A stretch of DNA of 64,000 bases from Alphaproteobacteria bacterium (lineage in GTDB: Bacteria > Pseudomonadota > Alphaproteobacteria > UBA7887): positions 2,784,001-2,848,000 of the forward strand of contig CBDCGL010000011.1 in assembly GCA_965216755.1 (NCBI GenBank). Reading direction: 5' to 3'. This document shows, one piece after another, positions 17,619-30,322 of this stretch (the stretch's first letter is position 1; each line of letters starts with the position of its first letter). The notes below the pieces were generated by a model that saw nothing but the letters and a program-made list of their open reading frames with translations, did no database searches and was not told the origin of the DNA. The position numbers and the translations under genes are program-made.

Positions 17619-18581
17619 TCAGCCGCGCAGGCGGGCCCTGGCGATATTGTACTCTGCCGCCAAACGATCAACATATTCCGCTACCGTGCCCACGGTCTTA
17701 ATCGCGCCGATGCCCTGCCCACAGCCCCAAATATCTTTCCAAGCCTTGGCGGAGCTGCTGCCGCCCGAGCCGAAGTTCATGACCGACGGGTCGCTTTCTG
17801 GAAGGTCGTGCGGATCGAGACCGGCGTTTTCGATCGACGTTCGAAGATAATTGCCATGCACACCGGTGAAGAGATTGGTGTAAACGATGTCGTCCGCCGC
17901 ACTGTTGACGATGGCCCGTTTGTACGCGGCCGCCGCGTTGGCTTCCTCGGTGGCGATAAAAGGCGAGCCGATGTAGGCGAGGTCCGCGCCCATCGCTTCG
18001 GCGGCAAGAACCGCAGCGCCGTTCGCGATGGCGCCAGACAAGGCGATCGGGCCGTCGAACCATTCCCGACATTCCTGTACCAAGGCGAACGGCGATTGCA
18101 CGCCCGCATGACCGCCGGCGCCCGCCGCCACGGTGATCAGACCATCCGCGCCCTTCTCGATCGCCTTGTGGGCAAAGAACTGGCTGATCACGTCATGCAG
18201 AACAATGCCGCCATAGGAATGCACCGCGCAATAGACGTCTTCACGGGCGCCAAGCGAGCAAATGACGACGGGCACCTGGTGTTTGACGCATAGCTTCAGG
18301 TCTTCATCCAGCCGGTCATTCGACTTATGGACGATCAGGTTCATGGCGAATGGCGCGGCCGGACGGTCTGGATCATCCCGGTCGTGCGCGACGAGTTCGG
18401 ATTTGATTCGGGTTAGCCAGGCATCGAGAACGTCGAGCGGACGCGCGTTGAGAGACGGAAACGACCCAACCACTCCGGCTTTACATTGTGCGATCACCAG
18501 ATCGGGACCGGAAATGATGAACAATGGCGCGCCGATCACCGGAATTCTCAGCTTTGATTTCAAAGACATCTCTTTAGACAT
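17619..18581 (-). CDS. Nitronate monooxygenase family flavin oxidoreductase
   Basis: PVIGAPLFIIS, AGAGGHAG, GADLAYIGSPFIATEEA, AWKDIWGCGQG. Confidence 0.92.
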   Translation of the reverse strand: MSKEMSLKSKLRIPVIGAPLFIISGPDLVIAQCKAGVVGSFPSLNARPLDVLDAWLTRIKSELVAHDRDDPDRPAAPFAMNLIVHKSNDRLDEDLKLCVKHQVPVVICSLGAREDVYCAVHSYGGIVLHDVISQFFAHKAIEKGADGLITVAAGAGGHAGVQSPFALVQECREWFDGPIALSGAIANGAAVLAAEAMGADLAYIGSPFIATEEANAAAAYKRAIVNSAADDIVYTNLFTGVHGNYLRTSIENAGLDPHDLPESDPSVMNFGSGGSSSAKAWKDIWGCGQGIGAIKTVGTVAEYVDRLAAEYNIARARLRG

Positions 18582-18784
18582 TCGTTATTCCTGACCGGAA
18601 CCAATTCGAAATGACGGCAAAAGCATAAGGAGTTGTTGGCGTCAAAAAGCGATCATATACCGGGTTATCGGCGATGCGCGGCCACCGGTTGCTTCACAAG
18701 ATGTGGTGACCACTTCCGAACAAGCGCGCGACCTTGGCGGTTTGCGATCCGATGGAAACGTTCGGCCGCCAACCGCGCGCCAGA

Positions 18785-18812
18785 TTGACAAGCGTTTGGG
18801 CAAGCGTATAGT
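18785..18812 (+). promoter_or_regulatory. Sigma70-type promoter of rplU-rpmA
   Basis: TTGACA-16 nt-TATAGT about 60 bp upstream of the rplU ATG. Confidence 0.75.
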
Positions 18813-18870
18813 GCGCGCTTCCGTTTTGCGGCGGGATCCCAACTTGAATTCAACGCGCAGGCAGCGCCAC

Positions 18871-19425
18871 ATGTACGCAGTCATCCGGACCGGCGGCAAG
18901 CAGTATAAAGTCGCCAAGAACGACGTCATCAAGATTGAAAAAGTGGCCGGCGCCGCCGGTGCCACGGTGTCGTTTGACGACGTATTGATGGTTGGCGACG
19001 GCGGCAACACGACGGTCGGCACGCCTCAAGTCGATGGTGCCAGCGTGACCGCGGTGGTGCTGGAGCAGGGACGCGACGATAAGATCATCGTGTTCAAGAA
19101 AAAGCGCCGACACAACTATCGGCGCACCCGGGGCCATCAACAACCGATCACCGTCTTGCGTGTCACCGACATCGCCGTTGGCACGAAAAAGGCCGCGCCG
19201 GCACGGCGGGCGCGCAAAAAAGCGGCAGACGAGCCAGAGTCGGCGCCCGCGGCCACGACGGCGGGGCAAGCTGAAACCACGGCCGCGACCGAAGCCAAAG
19301 CGCCCGAGCCGAACGCCACCAAGCCAGCGCGCAAACCGCGCAGCCGCGCCAAGAAAACCGAAGACACCGACGCCACGCCAAAGGCGGACGCGGCGCCCGA
19401 GCACGGCGACGGCGACACGAAATAA
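18871..19425 (+). CDS. rplU: 50S ribosomal protein L21 with ~80-aa low-complexity C-terminal extension
   Basis: [14 protein letters not shown]...[24 protein letters not shown]. Confidence 0.97.
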   Translation: MYAVIRTGGKQYKVAKNDVIKIEKVAGAAGATVSFDDVLMVGDGGNTTVGTPQVDGASVTAVVLEQGRDDKIIVFKKKRRHNYRRTRGHQQPITVLRVTDIAVGTKKAAPARRARKKAADEPESAPAATTAGQAETTAATEAKAPEPNATKPARKPRSRAKKTEDTDATPKADAAPEHGDGDTK

Positions 19426-19437
19426 GGAGACCCACAG

Positions 19438-21992
<2,555 letters not shown>

Positions 21993-21996
<4 letters not shown>

Positions 21997-23303
21997 CCGC
22001 GCTACAGGCAGCCGAAATCCGTGAAGGTGGTGAGGCCGACAGCATCACTGACGTCGAAAGCGCCATGGCCGCCCTGGGCGCCGGCGCGCGTGCTGCCGGT
22101 CAGGTCTTGGCCAAGGCGTCCACCGCGCGAAAAAATGCCGCGCTGACGGCGGCCGCCCAGCATATGCGCGCGCATGCAGCGGGCATCCTGGCCGCCAACG
22201 CCCGTGATATGGCCGAAACCCGGGGTCGCGGCGCCACCGGTGCCTTTCTCGACCGCCTGGAACTCAACCAGGCACGTGTTGAGGCGATGGCCAATGGTTT
22301 GGACGACATTGTCGCCTTGCCGGATCCGATCGGCACCGTGATCGGCGAATGGCAGCGCCCGAATGGCCTGAAAATCAGCCGCATGCGTGTTCCCCTTGGG
22401 GTGATCGGCATCATCTACGAATCGCGCCCGAATGTGACGGCCGACGCCGGCGCCCTATGCCTGAAGTCCGGCAACGCCGCTATTTTGCGAGGTGGATCGG
22501 AAAGCTTCCATTCTTCACGGGCAATCTGCGATAGCTTGGTCGCCGGGTTGCGGGCCGCCGACCTGCCAGAGGGCTGCATCCAACTGGTCCCGACCCGTGA
22601 CCGTGCCGCCGTCGGTGTTATGCTAACTATGACGGACGATATCGACGTCATCGTCCCGCGTGGCGGCAAGTCGTTGATCCAGAGGGTCGCGGCCGAAAGC
22701 CGCATTCCGGTGATCAAACATCTTGACGGCATTTGCCATGTCTATATTGACCGCACCGCCGACCCGCAGATGGCTGAGGAAATCACCGTCAATGCCAAAA
22801 TGCGCCGAACGGGGATATGTGGGGCGGCCGAAACGCTGTTGGTGCACAAAGACGCCGTGAACGCGACCCTACCGCGGATTGTCGAGCGCTTGACCGTGGC
22901 CGGCTGCGCCATCCGCGGCGACCAAGCGGCGCAGCAATGTGACCCGCGGGTGACACCTGCCAGCGACGCCGATTGGGACACGGAGTATTTGGACGCGATT
23001 TTGTCGGTGCGCGTGGTCGAATCCCTGGACCAGGCCATCGATCACGTTGAACGCCATGGCTCGCACCACACCGACTCGATCGTCACCAATGACCACGCGG
23101 CGGCCGAGCGTTTCCTGAGCGAGATCGACAGCGCCATCGTGCTTCACAACGCATCGACGCAATATGCGGATGGCGGTGAGTTCGGCATGGGCGCGGAGAT
23201 CGGTATTTCGACCGGTAAGCTTCACGCCCGCGGCCCGGTCGGTTTGGAGCAGCTGACAAGCTACAAATATATCGTCCGTGGCGACGGACAGGTTCGGCCC
23301 TGA
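21993..23303 (+). CDS. proA: Glutamate-5-semialdehyde dehydrogenase
   Basis: [52 protein letters not shown]. Confidence 0.98.
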
Positions 23304-23317
23304 ACGCATTCTATCGG

Positions 23318-23965
23318 TTGTTGGCGCAAAGTGGCGGCCATGGCCGCCACCGGCGCCCGCGTATTGGGCTGTTGGGGGGCTCGTTCAATCCGGCCCACGA
23401 CGGCCACCGCCATATCAGTTTGTCGGCCTGTCGGATGCTGCGGCTAGACCGTGTTTGGTGGCTGGTGAGCCCACAAAACCCGCTAAAACCCAGTGCCGGC
23501 ATGGCATCGCTGGAAGATCGCATGGCGACGGCCCGGCGCGTCGCGGCACATTCGCGGATCATGGTGACCGATATCGAGCGGGTCATACGCACCCGCTACA
23601 CGGTCGACACCCTGCGCAAGCTCACGGAGCGCTTCCCACAGGTACGCTTTGTCTGGATCATGGGCGCCGATAACATGGTCCAAATCCCCCAATGGCGCGA
23701 TTGGCCGGGCTTGTTCAGAACTATCCCGGTTGCGATTATCGATCGGCCAACCTATGCTCAAGCGGCGCTGGCAGCGCGCGCGACCCGCCGATTTGCGCGG
23801 TTTCGTGTGCCGGAAAAAGCGCTGGCGGGGCTGCCTGATCGGCCCCCCCCGGCCTGGGCGTTTGTGCGACCACGCCTTCACGCCGCGTCGGCGACCCGGA
23901 TTCGTCAATCGGGCGCCTGGCCGCGGGACACCACCGGCGGTATCGCGCCGCGCGCGACACCTTAA
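23318..23965 (+). CDS. nadD: Nicotinate-nucleotide adenylyltransferase
   Basis: GLLGGSFNPAHDGH, WLVSPQNPLK, WIMGADN, SATRIR. Exact start uncertain. Confidence 0.95.
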   Translation: MLAQSGGHGRHRRPRIGLLGGSFNPAHDGHRHISLSACRMLRLDRVWWLVSPQNPLKPSAGMASLEDRMATARRVAAHSRIMVTDIERVIRTRYTVDTLRKLTERFPQVRFVWIMGADNMVQIPQWRDWPGLFRTIPVAIIDRPTYAQAALAARATRRFARFRVPEKALAGLPDRPPPAWAFVRPRLHAASATRIRQSGAWPRDTTGGIAPRATP

Positions 23966-23996
23966 GACCGGCGGTCGAAGGGCGAACAGAGGAGAT

Positions 23997-24368
23997 ATGG
24001 CGATCGCGGAAAGCCGTGACGGCGACAAAGTTAAGTTGATTCAGCAGCTTGTGCTAACGTCGCTTGAAGACGACAAAGCCGACGACATCACGATCATCAA
24101 TCTCTCAGGCAAGACGAGCATTGCCGATGCGATGGTCATCGCAAGCGGGCGCTCCAATCGTCACGTATCGGCCATAGCGGAGCACCTGGCACAAAAACTT
24201 AAGGATCAAGGCATAGACTCGGTGGGCGTCGAAGGCCTGACCCACGCAGACTGGGTGTTGCTCGATGCCGGCGACGTCATTGTCCATATTTTTCGCCCCG
24301 AGGTCCGCCGTTTCTATAATTTGGAGAAGATGTGGGCGGTACCACTGCCTGAACAGGTTGTCGGGTAA
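23997..24368 (+). CDS. rsfS: Ribosome silencing factor
   Basis: LEDDKA, MVIASGRSNRHV, DWVLLDAGDVIVHIFRPEVRRFYNLEKMW. GAGGAG RBS. Confidence 0.96.
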   Translation: MAIAESRDGDKVKLIQQLVLTSLEDDKADDITIINLSGKTSIADAMVIASGRSNRHVSAIAEHLAQKLKDQGIDSVGVEGLTHADWVLLDAGDVIVHIFRPEVRRFYNLEKMWAVPLPEQVVG

Positions 24369-24401
24369 TCGATAACCGCAACATCATCCGGATCGCCTGC
24401 G

Positions 24402-26009
24402 ATGGCCTCCCCAGAGCCCCAAATGCCCATGCCAGCGAAAGCCACCTATCGACCAGTCGTCCTTTGTATTCTCGATGGTTGGGGCCATCGGGTGGAAATC
24501 GATGGCAATGCGATCGCGCTCGCCGAGACACCCCATTGGGATCGACTGATGGCGACGTGTCCACATGCCCTGATTGATGCGTCGGCGACCGATGTCGGAC
24601 TGCCGGCTGGCCAAATGGGCAACTCCGAGGTCGGACACATGAATATCGGCGCCGGCCGCGTGGTTTTGCAGGATCTGCCGCGAATCGATGCCGCGGTCAG
24701 AGAACAGCGGCTGGGCGAAACCGCGGCGATCACCCGCCTGATCGAGGCCTTGCGCGCCAGCGGCGGCGCGTGTCACCTGCTTGGCCTGGTTTCTCCGGGC
24801 GGCGTCCATGCCCATCAAGACCATATTGTGGCGCTGGCGCAGACCCTGGCAGCGGCCAATATCCCCGTGCGCATTCATGCACTCTTGGACGGGCGCGACA
24901 CGCCGCCGCGAAGCGCCCACGGTTACCTGCAACAGCTAGAGGCGGCGCTGGCCGATTTGGGTGACGTTGCCGTGGTCACCGTATGCGGCCGTTACTACGC
25001 GATGGATCGCGACAAGAGGTGGCAACGAGTCAGTCGGGCCTATGCGGCGCTGGTCGACGCTGATGGTCACCGTCGGCCAAGCGCCATCGCCGCCATCGAT
25101 GCCAGTTATGCGGCCAATGTGAGCGATGAGTTTGTCGAACCGGCCGTGATCGGCGCCTATCAGGGGATGGCCGACGGCGACGGCCTCCTGATGGCCAACT
25201 TCCGCGCCGACCGGGCGCGCGAGATCTTGACCGCGCTGGTCGATCCCGCCTTTGACGCTTTTGCCCGCGGCCGCCGCATCAGGTTCGCCGCGAGCCTGGG
25301 CATGGTCGAATATTCAACGGCGTTGAACGATTTTCTGGAAACGGTTTTTCCACCGGTGGATGTTGACAAGACATTGGGCGAAGTGGTGGCCGCCGCCGGC
25401 TTGCGCCAATTGCGCGTTGCCGAGACGGAAAAGTACGCGCATGTCACCTTCTTTCTGAACGGCGGCCGCGAGGCGCCGTTTGCCAACGAAACGCGCAAGC
25501 TAGTGCCGTCGCCAAAGGTAGCAACCTATGATTTGCAGCCGGAAATGTCGGCGCCGGCGGTCTGCGACACGGTCGTCGACGCGATTGTCGCCGACGACAC
25601 CGATCTGATTGTGGTTAATTTCGCCAACACCGATATGGTTGGGCATACGGGCATTCTGCCCGCTGCCACGCGCGCCGTCGCAGCGGTCGACCAGTGTCTC
25701 GGACGGATCGCCGAGGCCATCGAGTCCACGGGCGGCGCCCTTTTGATCACGGCGGATCACGGCAATGCAGAGCAAATGTTTAACCACGGTGGCGGCCAAG
25801 CACACACAGCGCACACCACGAACAAGGTGCCGCTGGTGATTGTCGGTACAAACGTCGACGCCGTGCGCAACGGCCGACTTGCGGATCTGGCGCCGACCGT
25901 GCTCGCTTTGTTGGGCATTGCCAAACCAGGTGAAATGACGGGCGCGTCACTGATTGGCGACGTCTTACCACAAGATCGCGAACAGACGTCGGAACACGCA
26001 ATCGCCTGA
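24402..26009 (+). CDS. gpmI: 2,3-bisphosphoglycerate-independent phosphoglycerate mutase
   Basis: ILDGWG, GQMGNSEVGH, GRYYAMDRD, AETEKYAHVTFF, DMVGHTG, TADHGNAE. Start may be 24423 or 24429. Confidence 0.97.
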   Translation: MASPEPQMPMPAKATYRPVVLCILDGWGHRVEIDGNAIALAETPHWDRLMATCPHALIDASATDVGLPAGQMGNSEVGHMNIGAGRVVLQDLPRIDAAVREQRLGETAAITRLIEALRASGGACHLLGLVSPGGVHAHQDHIVALAQTLAAANIPVRIHALLDGRDTPPRSAHGYLQQLEAALADLGDVAVVTVCGRYYAMDRDKRWQRVSRAYAALVDADGHRRPSAIAAIDASYAANVSDEFVEPAVIGAYQGMADGDGLLMANFRADRAREILTALVDPAFDAFARGRRIRFAASLGMVEYSTALNDFLETVFPPVDVDKTLGEVVAAAGLRQLRVAETEKYAHVTFFLNGGREAPFANETRKLVPSPKVATYDLQPEMSAPAVCDTVVDAIVADDTDLIVVNFANTDMVGHTGILPAATRAVAAVDQCLGRIAEAIESTGGALLITADHGNAEQMFNHGGGQAHTAHTTNKVPLVIVGTNVDAVRNGRLADLAPTVLALLGIAKPGEMTGASLIGDVLPQDREQTSEHAIA

Positions 26010-26019
26010 GAGAGGTCGG

Positions 26020-27288
26020 GTGGCTAGGTTCGGGGGCTGGACTTTATCGATTTTTGCGTGCGCCACGCTTGCCGTGGGCACCGTCTATGGCGTCACACCG
26101 CGCGCTCAGCCTGTCGATCCGCAAGACGCCGACGACGCACTTCAGGCCGTCGAGCAAGAACTCTCGGACCAGCGCGATCGTGCCCAAGAGCTGGAACAAC
26201 GTGAGCAAGCGCTAAAAGATGAGATCAAGCAGCTGAGCGCGGCACTGATCAAAACGGCGGCACGAATTCAAACACAGCAGGAAGCGCTGGGCGAAACCGA
26301 CACGCGTCTGGCGGCGCTGGCCGAACAACTGGCGGCGCTGCGCACGTCGCTCGTGCGCAACCGCGATGCGCTTTCGGGAACCCTACGCGCATTGGTCCGA
26401 CTCAATCGCAACCCGCCCGAGGCCCTGGGTCTGATGCCGCGGACCTTGGCCGAGACAACGCGCAGCCTTCGTTTATTGGGCAAAGCCGTGCCGACGCTGG
26501 ACGAGCGCGGCGTCGACTTGGCGCGCAACGTGAAAAAACTCGCCGCGGTACGCGCCGAAATTGTTGAACAGCGCGCAGAGAAATCGCGAATCGTTGAAGA
26601 ACTGGTGGCCGACCGCGCGGGACAATCGGATCTCATGGCCCGCAAGACCGCGCTTCAGTCGGATGTCGCAGCCGAGCGCCAATTGGTGTCGCGTGAGATT
26701 CGCGCCCTCGCCGCCCGGGCCAAGGATTTGCGGGAACTGCTGGAAGGCCTGAAAAAAGCGCGCAAAAAAGCGCGTGAGCTTGCCGCCGCGGCGCGACCAC
26801 CGCGCAAACCCGATCCCGCCGCGCAGACCGACAGCCCCGAACAGGGTGACAATGACGGCGCGTCAGACGCCGAATTATCGCTTGCCGCGCTGCCCAGCAG
26901 TCTGCCTTACCCAGCCCACGGCGATATCGTGGAAACCTTTGGCAAAGGCGCCGGCAATGCCGTCACAAACAAAGGTTTAACGATCGAAACGGCGAGCAAC
27001 GCGCAGGTCGTGGCGCCCTTGGACGGCGAGGTTGCCTACGCTGGTACTTTTCGCAGCTACGGCCTGCTGTTGATCATAGAACATGGCGAGGAGTATCATA
27101 TATTGCTATCAGGGTTTTCGCGCATCGACAGTGGCGAGGGCTTGTCGTTAAGGGCGGGGGAACCCGTCGGTGTTATGGGGCGCCGTGAAAATGGCGGGAC
27201 AACCCTCTATATGGAGGTCCGCCGTAACGGTGAGCCGATCAATCCCGTTACATGGCTGGCTTCTATGAATCGAAAGGTCAGTGGATGA
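26020..27288 (+). CDS. envC: Murein hydrolase activator EnvC family (coiled coil + degenerate M23 domain)
   Basis: Signal region, long coiled coil, VVAPLDGEVAYAG..YG..LIIEHG, LYMEVRRNG.PINP. GTG start inferred. Confidence 0.85.
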   Translation: MARFGGWTLSIFACATLAVGTVYGVTPRAQPVDPQDADDALQAVEQELSDQRDRAQELEQREQALKDEIKQLSAALIKTAARIQTQQEALGETDTRLAALAEQLAALRTSLVRNRDALSGTLRALVRLNRNPPEALGLMPRTLAETTRSLRLLGKAVPTLDERGVDLARNVKKLAAVRAEIVEQRAEKSRIVEELVADRAGQSDLMARKTALQSDVAAERQLVSREIRALAARAKDLRELLEGLKKARKKARELAAAARPPRKPDPAAQTDSPEQGDNDGASDAELSLAALPSSLPYPAHGDIVETFGKGAGNAVTNKGLTIETASNAQVVAPLDGEVAYAGTFRSYGLLLIIEHGEEYHILLSGFSRIDSGEGLSLRAGEPVGVMGRRENGGTTLYMEVRRNGEPINPVTWLASMNRKVSG

Positions 27289-28646
27289 TCCGTAGGTATG
27301 TGATTGCGGGCGTGGTAGTTGCGGGGCTTATGGTGCCAAGCGCAACCGCATTGGCGGCAAGTTCCGAAACATATCGGCAGCTAAATCTGTTCGGCGATGT
27401 GTTCGAACGTGTGCGCGCCGAATATGTCGAGGAGGTCGAAGACGAAGAGCTGATTGCATCGGCGATTCGCGGCATGTTGGCGGCGTTGGACCCGCACTCC
27501 AGCTATCTGAGCGCCGATGCGTTTAAAGATATGCAGGTGCAGACACGTGGAGAGTTTGGCGGGCTGGGGATCGAGGTCACCATGGAAAACGGCCTGGTGC
27601 GCGTGGTTTCGCCCATCGACGACACACCGGCGTTTCGCGCCGGCATCGAGCCGGGCGACTTGATCAGCCACATTGACGGTGAACAGGTTCTGGGCCTGAC
27701 GTTGAACGAAGCGGTTGAGCGCATGCGCGGCCCGGTCAATTCCGACATTGTCGTGACCATTCTTCGCGAGGGCGAGGAACAGCCGTTCGACGTGACCCTG
27801 GTTCGCGACATCATCCGCATTAAGTCGGTCCGCTCGCGGGCCGAAGGCACGGTCGCCTATGTACGAATTACCTCGTTCAACGAGCAGACAGAACCCGGAC
27901 TGAGAAACAGTTTGGACAATCTGCGCGAGGAAATTGGCGATGAATTGGCTGGCGTGGTGATCGATTTGCGCAACAATCCGGGCGGCTTGCTGGACCAGGC
28001 CGTGGCCGTGGCGGACGCGTTCTTGGACAAAGGCGAAATTGTCTCGACCCGTGGCCGGCGCAACGAAAGTGCACAGCGTTTCAACGCGCGCCCCGGAGAC
28101 CTTGCCGAAGGATTGCCGGTCGTGGTGCTGATTAATGGCGGATCCGCGTCCGCGTCGGAAATCGTGGCGGGTGCCCTGCAGGACCACAATCGCGCGCTGG
28201 TCCTTGGCACGGCTTCGTTTGGCAAGGGGTCTGTGCAAACCGTGATTCCGCTGCCCGGCAACGGCGCCATGCGCCTGACAACGGCGCGCTATTACACACC
28301 CTCAGGCCGATCGATCCAGGCGACCGGCATCGAGCCAGACATCAAAGTCGAACAGGCGACCATCGACTTGGCGGAGGCCGAAAGCCAAACCGAGGCGGAT
28401 TTGCGTAACCATCTGGACAGTTCGGGCGATGCCTCAGGGCGGGCGCCGTCGGGCGAAGGCGATGACGCGACCGACGACAACGCGCCCAGCGACGACTCCG
28501 TCGATGCGGATGGCGCCGATGATGACACCGATGCGGACCCCGCCGACGTTGCCAGCGCCCAAGCCAATGCCAGCGCCCGAGACTATCAGCTGCAGCGCGC
28601 CCTGGACCTGATTCGCGGCGTCGCCTTGTTTGAAAGCAAGGTATAG
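27285..28646 (+). CDS. ctpA: Carboxy-terminal processing protease, S41 family
   Basis: LDPHSSY, FGGLGIEV (PDZ), DLRNNPGGLL, SASASEIVAGALQD, FGKGSVQ. Confidence 0.96.
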   Translation: MIRRYVIAGVVVAGLMVPSATALAASSETYRQLNLFGDVFERVRAEYVEEVEDEELIASAIRGMLAALDPHSSYLSADAFKDMQVQTRGEFGGLGIEVTMENGLVRVVSPIDDTPAFRAGIEPGDLISHIDGEQVLGLTLNEAVERMRGPVNSDIVVTILREGEEQPFDVTLVRDIIRIKSVRSRAEGTVAYVRITSFNEQTEPGLRNSLDNLREEIGDELAGVVIDLRNNPGGLLDQAVAVADAFLDKGEIVSTRGRRNESAQRFNARPGDLAEGLPVVVLINGGSASASEIVAGALQDHNRALVLGTASFGKGSVQTVIPLPGNGAMRLTTARYYTPSGRSIQATGIEPDIKVEQATIDLAEAESQTEADLRNHLDSSGDASGRAPSGEGDDATDDNAPSDDSVDADGADDDTDADPADVASAQANASARDYQLQRALDLIRGVALFESKV

Positions 28647-28670
28647 GGGGGCAAGCGTCGCCGGCCGACG

Positions 28671-29837
28671 ATGATCATGCGGCGCTTGCAGCCGCTGATC
28701 TGGGGCACCCGCGCGATGGTGGCGCGGGTGTCGGTTGTGCCGATTGTCGTCGCCATGGTGGTCTTGAGTGTTGCCGGCGGCGTCGGGTGGCTTGTTTTGT
28801 CACCGGCGCCGGCACCGGCGACCGTATTTCATGTCCCGTTGCCGGCTCGCGGTGAAAATAGCGCGGACCACGCGCCGCCGGCCGCGCCGGAAATTGCCGA
28901 ACAAGTGCGACCGCCAGCTCCGTCCGACACGGCCGAGGTCACGCGCGACGACCCCGTGGCCCCACCTGACGCACCGACAACGACGCCTGAATCCGCGCCG
29001 AAGCTGCCGCCGATCACGGTGACCGATCAAATGGGTCCGGTGCCGCACCCCGCATTGGTTGAAGATGGCCCCTTCGGTCCGCTGCCGATCATCGGGGCCG
29101 ACGGCAGCCAAGCCTGGCAAGTTTATGCCAAGCCGTTTCGGGCCGGCGATCCGCGTCCACGGGTCGCGGTGGTCATTGGCGATTTGGGCTTGAGCCGGGC
29201 GCCGACCTATCAGGCGACGCGCCTGCCCGGCGACATCACGCTCAGTTTCGCGCCCTACGCCGAGGACTTGGACGAATGGATCGAGATTTCGCGTACCGCC
29301 GGGCACGAAGTCGTCCTGCAATTGCCGATGGAGCCAGTCGACTACGCCCGTGGCGATCCGGGACCGCGCGCCTTGCTCACCTCGCACGGCGCCGACGAAA
29401 ATCTGTCGCGTCTGGATTGGCTGCTGTCGCGGTTGGTGGGCTATGTCGGGGTGGCGTCATTCATGGGCGGCGCGCTGGCCGAGTCGCACGATCACCTGCG
29501 GCCCATATTGACCGCCGTGCGTGACCGCGGGCTGCTCTATTTCGACACCAGCGCGGCGCGCACAGACCTGCCCCACGCGTTGTCGCGCGAGATCGGTTTG
29601 ACCCATGTCGCCATGGATATCGATATCGACGCGGCGCCGTCGCGGACGCGCATTGCCGGTCGCCTGGCGGCGCTGGAGGAGATTGCCCAAGACCAAGGCT
29701 ACGCCGTGGCGCTGGCGCGCCCCTATCCGCTGACATTGGAAATTCTTGGCGAATGGGTGCCGAGTTTGGCGCCGCGCGGCATTGCCATGGCGCCGCTGAG
29801 CGCGGTCGCCGCACGCGCCAACGCGCGGACGCAATGA
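28671..29837 (+). CDS. Divergent polysaccharide deacetylase family protein (YibQ-like)
   Basis: N-terminal TM and Pro-rich linker, then RVAVVIGDLG, LSFAPY, GHEVVLQLPMEP, GLLYFD. Usual position after ctpA. Confidence 0.88.
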   Translation: MIMRRLQPLIWGTRAMVARVSVVPIVVAMVVLSVAGGVGWLVLSPAPAPATVFHVPLPARGENSADHAPPAAPEIAEQVRPPAPSDTAEVTRDDPVAPPDAPTTTPESAPKLPPITVTDQMGPVPHPALVEDGPFGPLPIIGADGSQAWQVYAKPFRAGDPRPRVAVVIGDLGLSRAPTYQATRLPGDITLSFAPYAEDLDEWIEISRTAGHEVVLQLPMEPVDYARGDPGPRALLTSHGADENLSRLDWLLSRLVGYVGVASFMGGALAESHDHLRPILTAVRDRGLLYFDTSAARTDLPHALSREIGLTHVAMDIDIDAAPSRTRIAGRLAALEEIAQDQGYAVALARPYPLTLEILGEWVPSLAPRGIAMAPLSAVAARANARTQ

Positions 29838-30322
29838 GTGCGATACCGAACAGTGCGCTGCCTTATCGGCCGTGCGTCGGCATCTTGCTGTTGAATGCCA
29901 ACGATCTGGCATTCGTCGGCCGGCGTATCGACGGTCCGTCCGAGGCCTGGCAAATGCCACAAGGCGGCATCGATGACGGCGAAGATCCGGCGGCGGCGGC
30001 ATTGCGCGAATTGGAAGAAGAAATTGGCACCCGCAATGCCCGGGTCATCGCCGAAAGCCGCGACTGGCACGCCTATGACTTGCCGCCGGAATTCATTGGC
30101 AAGGTATGGCGCGGGCGCTATCGCGGCCAGCGGCAAAAATGGTTCGCCATGCGATTTTTAGGCAGTGACAGTGACATCGATCTGGCCACACACAGCCCTG
30201 AATTCGCCGCATGGCGCTGGGTGTCGCCACACACCCTGCCGGACTTGATCGTGCCCTTTAAGCGCGCGATTTATCAAGCGGTCTTGGACGAGTTTCGCAC
30301 CTTGTTGCCGCCATTGGCGTGA
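29834..30322 (+). CDS. rppH: RNA pyrophosphohydrolase
   Basis: YRPCVG, WQMPQGGID...AALRELEEEIG Nudix box, YRGQRQKWF, IVPFKR. Confidence 0.96.
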   Translation: MSAIPNSALPYRPCVGILLLNANDLAFVGRRIDGPSEAWQMPQGGIDDGEDPAAAALRELEEEIGTRNARVIAESRDWHAYDLPPEFIGKVWRGRYRGQRQKWFAMRFLGSDSDIDLATHSPEFAAWRWVSPHTLPDLIVPFKRAIYQAVLDEFRTLLPPLA

